Positions 58,001 through 64,000 of a DNA stretch of 64,000 nucleotides are shown here, in pieces; position 1 is the first letter of the stretch; each line of letters starts with the position of its first letter. The stretch is taken from positions 12,896,001-12,960,000 of the forward strand of contig NC_047075.1 in the NCBI RefSeq assembly GCF_902459465.1, written 5' to 3'. This DNA is from Asterias rubens (Eukaryota). The translations under genes and the position numbers were made by a program. The notes under the pieces are model-generated. The model saw only the letters and a program-made list of their open reading frames with translations, did not search any database and had not been told where the DNA came from.

Positions 58001-61000
58001 TTCAAGATGATGCTAGAAGTCGCCAACATAGCCAACCCTAACTCACGCCGTGACACAAGTGTCATTTGTGTCTACGAATCATCGGACACTGCCCCAAATC
58101 TTCATATCGCACTTGAAAAGTACAAAGAACAAGTGGAGTCAATATCTAATACATCATGGAGGTACGCTTTGATAAATTCAAATACCTTTTTTAAAAGAAA
58201 AACAAAATAAACTAATCATGATTTATGGCACTTACATTTTTTCATTTTTTCATCTTAGGGGAAAGAAGCTCGTTGTGTTCCTCTTTGGAGATTACGAGTT
58301 TTTATGCAGGATGTACGGTTTATCAGGACCAAGTGGTAAGTAAAATCCAACACTCTGCATTGCAGAACACAAATAGAAAAATTAAAACAGTTATAAACAG
58401 TATAATTGTGTAAGGTCATCAGTAACTTCATTGCAATCTGCTCTCTTCAGGTCGTCACCCCTGCTTGTGGTGTTGTATCACTAGTAAAGATATGGCTCTC
58501 CCAAAGGCCAGTAGACCACCTAGCGATGAACGTACTCTACAGAAGATCTCCAATGACTACAAACGATTCACAGACGCTGGCAGCCTACTCAAGAATGCCA
58601 AGAACTGCAACAATGTCATCGGCAAGGTGTTCTTCGACATACCAACCACTTTTGTGAGTAAAATTGAATATTTAAACCAACAAAAAACAAAGGGGTTTGT
58701 TATTTTTGTTCTATTTTATATTTAATAAATTGATATGCTAATAGTTTATTTATTTTATTATTATGTTGTTCCTTTTGCTATAGGTCTGTCCACCATCACT
58801 GCACATAAGCCTTGGTGTATGGTTCAAGCTATTCACTCTCTTCGAAGAAGAATGCAACGGACTGTTGGAAAATATTGTTGAGGCACTGGCAGAGAGTCCC
58901 CAGACAGTACCCTCCTTAGCCAATGGACCATTCCCATTGTACGTGGCCAAGCGCTGTGAGGTTGTTACAGCAAAGAACAGGGCTCAAGAAATAGCAACTG
59001 AGATTGATGAGCTAAGAGAACAAATGGCAGTGGTAATGTTGATCGGTGAAGATGTTGATGTAAATGAGGTGATGACCGACACAACAGATCAAATCAAGAC
59101 ACTGCAAGAGGAATTGGATAGACAGGTAATTTAATTTTACTAACCTCAGCTCTGCATAAGTATTCAAACACAGGCAGTTCCGCAAATCATCACTGTTCTT
59201 CACTGACATCTTTGTCATGATAAAGCATCTCAACCGACATTTACCTGGGTAATGGAAAGATTGAATCATTATTTTCATATTTATGTTCATTTGCAGGAAG
59301 CAATAGCAGCTGCCAACATCAAACAACTACCCTCCGAGCAAAACCCACTACTAATCAAACTGGAAGAGACACTTCAAGAAATCAAAGTCAGGCGGCAAGC
59401 TTATTATTCAAACACATTCATTGGCAATCATGTGCACAAATGCCTAAAGGTATTGTAAAGCCTGTTCATTTGTTGATATTAAAAATATAGTTCCTTTAAA
59501 GAACGTAGACATTAATAGCTTGTAAATATGTTGTTGTTTTTATTGCTATGATGTTGTCTTTTGTATGATCTTTTATTAGGAGGTGAACATCCACAAACTA
59601 ACATCGGTGATCACTGATGAAACCTCTCGGATTTGTCCAGCTAAAATGAATGAAGCAAAATGCGTTGCAAACAAGTTTGCATCAATCTTCCATCTATTTT
59701 CACAATGTCACAACGTGTACAATGCGAGCAGATATCTCAGTGAAACAGAAATTACAAAGCTTGGTAAGTGTGAAATTAATACGTGTGACATTGCTTTTGA
59801 ATTTCTTTTCCAATAATTTCAGAATTATTTTGCATTACATGTTTATCAATATAGACATGCTCTATTCTTAATGTTTGATTTATTTTACTTGCCTTATAAA
59901 TGCAGATGAAAATGTTCGTGACTTTCTGCATTTCTTCCGCTGTAACTTCCCTTCAAAGTCAATCCCACCCAAAATGCACATGATGGAAGATCACATCATA
60001 CCATTCATCAGACGTACTAAACACGGCATGGGTCTGCTGTGTGAACAAGGAGGAGAATCCATGCACGCTGTATTCAACATCTTGGAGAGACGGTTTGGTG
60101 GCACACGCAACACGAAGAAGAAGGACCCCGATCTTCACAAGCTGCAGTGCATCATGCGGGAACACCTCCTCAACGTCAACCCGTCCATAGCAAATCTCTG
60201 TCCACAAAGAAAGCCACGGAAACTTGCCAAATCATCTGCTAGCAGAAATTAATCCCGATCCCAATATAATTATATATTCAATATTGGCGATTTCAAGTAG
60301 TACTCCAAATACATCAACCAAGTTATTCACTTTAATTTATGATGTTACTTCCAGTATCTCATGAAAGTTTGTTATTTTACTGACAAAAGTTGAACGAAAA
60401 AATTGAAAAACTAAAGTTGTTTGCGTACCTGTGACTTGGCCACACCACCACCATGGATGGAGGAATTGAAGGAAACGTACCCACACTTGAGTTTCAGATA
60501 TTGATAAAAATCATGGCACCCCCAAAAACCAAGCCAAGCCAGAAATTGTCACATCGTTAGTTATTTATGTTTGACAGTTTTACGGTTTTATTTCTCAGTT
60601 GCCTTATCTCAAAAAAGTCTTACGTATCCTCTATATGTGATATGGAATAATCGAGTGCATTATTCATCATGGTAGACCCATACAACTACAGTATCTACTC
60701 AATTACAAATTAACCACCTGTATTGTTTTGCCATGTGAAGCGCCCTCCTTGTCATGACGTGTGCTAAAAATGGGTATTCACAAAATAAACAGAAGAGTGT
60801 TTTGAAAGCGTTTGCACTTTTAATTATTGTATTAATATATTATTAAATACATAATACTTACGTGTGAAGTCCATTTTTCCCGGAGGAAATTCACGTTACT
60901 TAGATTTTGACGATTCAAATTGGCTAAAAAAACCATCCCGTCACAGCCCCAGCTGATACAAATCCACACACACACCGCCCACGGTTTACCATTCCATCCA

Positions 61001-61254
61001 CACGGCCGCATAAAAAAACATGGCCACTTGTATATTTATTTAAGAACTATGACCTCTTTATCATAAATATTCATAGCTTTGGTTCGAAAGTTTAATTAGT
61101 CCACTAGATTTGCTGTTTTGAATAGGGGCGTCTCTCCGAACCCTTTTCGGTTACAACCGTTGTTTTGTTTAAGATTTTGACACAAGAGGGCGCTCTTCAA
61201 GCAGCAGAAATCCACGCATGCGCAAAACAATTTGTCAGTCGGAAATCAGCGGTG
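55007..61254 (+). mobile_element. Chapaev/N-RAG-TP-type (RAG1-like) DNA transposon 2, complete and apparently intact
   Basis: Termini CACCGCTG (55007-55014) / CAGCGGTG (61247-61254). 4-bp TSD CCCC (55003-55006, 61255-61258). A second inverted block matches at 24/30 bp internally. Confidence 0.9.
56131..60252 (+). CDS. Intact 10-exon RAG1-like transposase, 972 aa (Chapa/CND Zn domain, C3HC4 RING, Zn finger, Transib/RAG1-like DDE core)
   Basis: Exons 56131-57012, 57161-57441, 57582-57788, 57919-58161, 58259-58335, 58451-58653, 58784-59125, 59297-59449, 59580-59763 and 59906-60252 total 2919 nt, with compatible phases and no stops. Motifs LCRVCG, CQICSQILNRP..CHHIFCLDC..CPSC, LGGDKGGG, FGDYEF, PCLWC, LHISLG, KMHMMEDH, EQGGES. 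Confidence 0.9.
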
Positions 61255-62008
61255 CCCCCACGGCCAGACCTCCCCAGACGCACTGAACTCCCCGTTCTTG
61301 CTCGTACGATGTAGGATTTTAGCGGGGCCAGTCTAGTAATGCGAATACTTTGTACACGAAAGAATGTCTAGTACCCGTTTTACTAATACTAATAGTGCAT
61401 GTGATTCTGTAGTCGTGTGTCTCTTTTTGCCTCGGGCCTTTGCAGCAAAAAGACGAGATTATTTAATACCAACTAGCGAGTGGAGTTGAAACAAAACTAC
61501 AGCTAGAGAATTCATCCTCTCATAAAACATCTGCTCAGACATGTCGGAGAGGCGTTTACCGTGTTTACCGCGTAAGTATAGTATGCAATTGCGAGTCACA
61601 TATACCCCACAGTTCGTTTTTAGATACAAAATTACAGGGACTTTACTTCTCTGTCCTTTCTCTATGCTGTTTGCATGTACATGTTGAGTCACAGGGCAAC
61701 AGGACAGTGGTGTCTAACTTATACTAGTCCATCGCCATAGGATAGATGTCACTTGTCTTATTTGCCAACATGATCCTTTCTTCGGGGTATACATTCATTG
61801 TTTTATGTCTATTATGGGGATGTAATTCCTTGACCTTGGTCTTGGACGGTACTATTTGAGGTAGCTCCTGTTTACATTGCTCAGAATCATTTGACAGCAA
61901 AATTTACTGTGCGATGCATCTGAACAGGGAGCACATACTGCAAATGGTAGTCGGCAAGGAAAGCTAAAATAAAGTAATACTCTTGTCCACAAAAATGAAG
62001 CTTCCATA

Positions 62009-62169
62009 GGCCCTTTTCGAAACCACGGCTTCGGCTTTGGATTCGGCTTCAGACTCCGTCCTCTTGTCTGAATCCCTACGCAAAGCACGCTCAGTATTGT
62101 CCAAACATCTGCGGGGCCAAGCTAGCCCGAGCTGAATCCAAAGCCAAAGCCGTGGTTTCAAAAAGGGCC
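62009..62169. mobile_element. MITE with long TIRs and a 3-bp TSD (PIF/Harbinger-like)
   Basis: GGCCCTTTTCGAAACCACGGCTTCGGCTTTGGATTCGGCT / AGCTGAATCCAAAGCCAAAGCCGTGGTTTCAAAAAGGGCC, with ATA on both sides. Confidence 0.75.
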
Positions 62170-62407
62170 ATAGTCTAGAAGAACTCTTTTCAAAAATTAC
62201 AAAACAAAATCAGAAACGGGGAACAATTTTATTATTTTGTAACATTTTTGTATTGATACTTGATTGCCAGGTCACAGTGAAAGTTGGGTGGTGATGTGAT
62301 TACTGAAGCCGGTATGGACAAGAAAGAGTACACGTACATCAAAGAAGTTTTCCAAGCACGGTTAGATGACAACCAGCTTCTTCGCAGGACAGGAAAACTC
62401 TGCTAAT

Positions 62408-62773
62408 TAGGCCTGGGCGACCAGTGAAAATTACTAATCGACTAGTCGCACCTCCATCCAATAGTTGCGACTACGACACTAGTCGCGACAAATTTTTAAT
62501 TATCACGATGCACTGTGGCAATGTGTGCCGCAAGCACAATATAGTCTAATTCAAGCGGAAAAGATTGAAGATTTGTGTCACTGATGTCTGTGTTCTGTAA
62601 GTAAATTATGTTGTCATGAATAGTAATGAGCGACTAAATTGGTTCACCAAACAGGTAGACACAATTTTTTTAAAACTATTTTTGTAGCACGTTTAACCGG
62701 ATAGTTGAAACCAATAGTCGCGACTCGACTAAGGATTCAATAGTTGGAGTCCGACACTAGTCGCCCAGGCTTA
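62408..62773. mobile_element. hAT-like MITE
   Basis: TIRs TAGGCCTGGGCGACCAGTG / CACTAGTCGCCCAGGCTTA. 8-bp TSD CTGCTAAT / CCGCTAAT (1 mismatch). Internal GACTAGTCGC repeats. Confidence 0.75.
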
Positions 62774-64000
62774 CCGCTAATGGTGCAAGGATGGCTTCTA
62801 CCCACAGCCGCCATCCCCCCCCCCTAATACCACCACCACTACTACCAACAGAAGAACTTGTAGCAAAACACAAATCCAGATTTTCCACTTCTTAAATTTA
62901 ATTTCCACAATTTGGCTACAAAAATGTCTGTACAGGTGTGCATAAGACATAAGGTCAGTGCATTATTAGCATTATTGGCAAGTTCTAGAGTTTGTATGTA
63001 ATCAAATAGAATCTTTGTCACAAATTTATAGGAACTTTATAAAACAATATGGTCAATTTATTGAGACATGTTTTTACAATTCACAGCAGTACACGATGTA
63101 TTTGCAAACATTAATTAAATTTGTCCTTTGTCAAAGAACACTATAGTCCCATGCAGTATCCTTAGTAATAGTTGGTGTATCTCCTCAATATTTATGCATA
63201 AAAATAATAAACCTGTGACAATTTGGGCTAAATTTGGCAATAAAAGCTGCAAGAAACAGTGAAAGAAAAACACCATTGCAGTATAGAAACAAGTCCTTTG
63301 ACATGCCTCTCATCATGTAGACTTTATCAAGTGAGTTTTATGATCACAAATTAGTAATTACCAACATCTAAGGTATAAAGTCCCTTTAGAGAGACCAATG
63401 CCTTAAATCGAGTGATTTGGTTGTAAAATGCATTGTATGGTTAGAAAGGATGTTTTAAAAGTAGAATAGAATGATCAACACAAGTATGACTTGAAATTGG
63501 GTGGTTTTCCTTTAAAACTTTTACTTATTCGAACTAACATGGTCTGCTAGTCAACAATATGACTAGTTCTAAAACATCATTCTAAAACAGCATTTCATAA
63601 CAGGCATGTGGTTTAAAATCAAAATACACTTGCAAGGGTTAAGGTTAAAAAATTGTAATGGCACTGTGTTTATCAAACTTCTTGCATCTATGATCCATTT
63701 CTCTTTATGAATACAGAATAAAGATATTTCAGATAAATTTATTTGAATACAGATTGTTTATGTTTTTGCATTTTGTTGTTCTTGTGTGTTTTTTGTTACA
63801 AAATATCGAAATCTCAAATTATACAATAAATATGATTGTATAAACAATTGGCCATGTACTTCAAATTAAACTTAATCATATGTCGTTGTGATGAAAACAA
63901 ACTCTGCTCACATCACATTCAATGATTTGTTGACGTAAGTAATGTGCAAAAAAAAAAATAATAACAAGTTTAAGTATTGACATGTGTTAATTTAGGAATA

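Noticed and set aside
39619-61254. A true RAG1-RAG2 (ProtoRAG/RAGL) locus
   Set aside because: No kelch/PHD RAG2-like ORF lies within either element, the TSDs are 4 bp rather than 5 bp, and the core motifs (GGDxGG, EQGGE) are of the Chapaev/N-RAG-TP type.

Overview
Eukaryotic, AT-rich, intron-containing DNA. An invertebrate deuterostome such as an echinoderm is my inference from repeat style and cannot be proven from this window. I find no ordinary host gene: the 64 kb is a nest of DNA transposons. (1) A CACTA/EnSpm-type element (1-9634, left end outside the window) with a transposase and a spliced accessory gene. (2) A second CACTA/EnSpm-type transposase gene whose acidic 5' exons (9635-10471) appear to be separated from its catalytic exon (47534-49819) by about 36 kb of nested insertions. 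(3) Two nested Helentron/Helitron2-like end pairs (10607/46820 and 10688/36866). (4) A minus-strand Helitron polyprotein (PHD, herpes-tegument-like DUB, OTU, Rep, PIF1 helicase, AP endonuclease) split by one extra A in an A9 run, plus a co-oriented intact OB-fold gene. (5) Two complete Chapaev/N-RAG-TP-type transposons with a RAG1-like N-terminus, RING finger and Transib/RAG1-like core, each with a 4-bp TSD. One is decayed (39619-46738). The other (55007-61254) has an intact 10-exon, 972-codon gene and bipartite TIRs whose spacers differ by one helical turn (20 vs 10 bp), recalling RSS 12/23 asymmetry. The rest is MITEs, a LINE remnant and tandem arrays. Domain calls come from motif recognition by eye, not from database searches.
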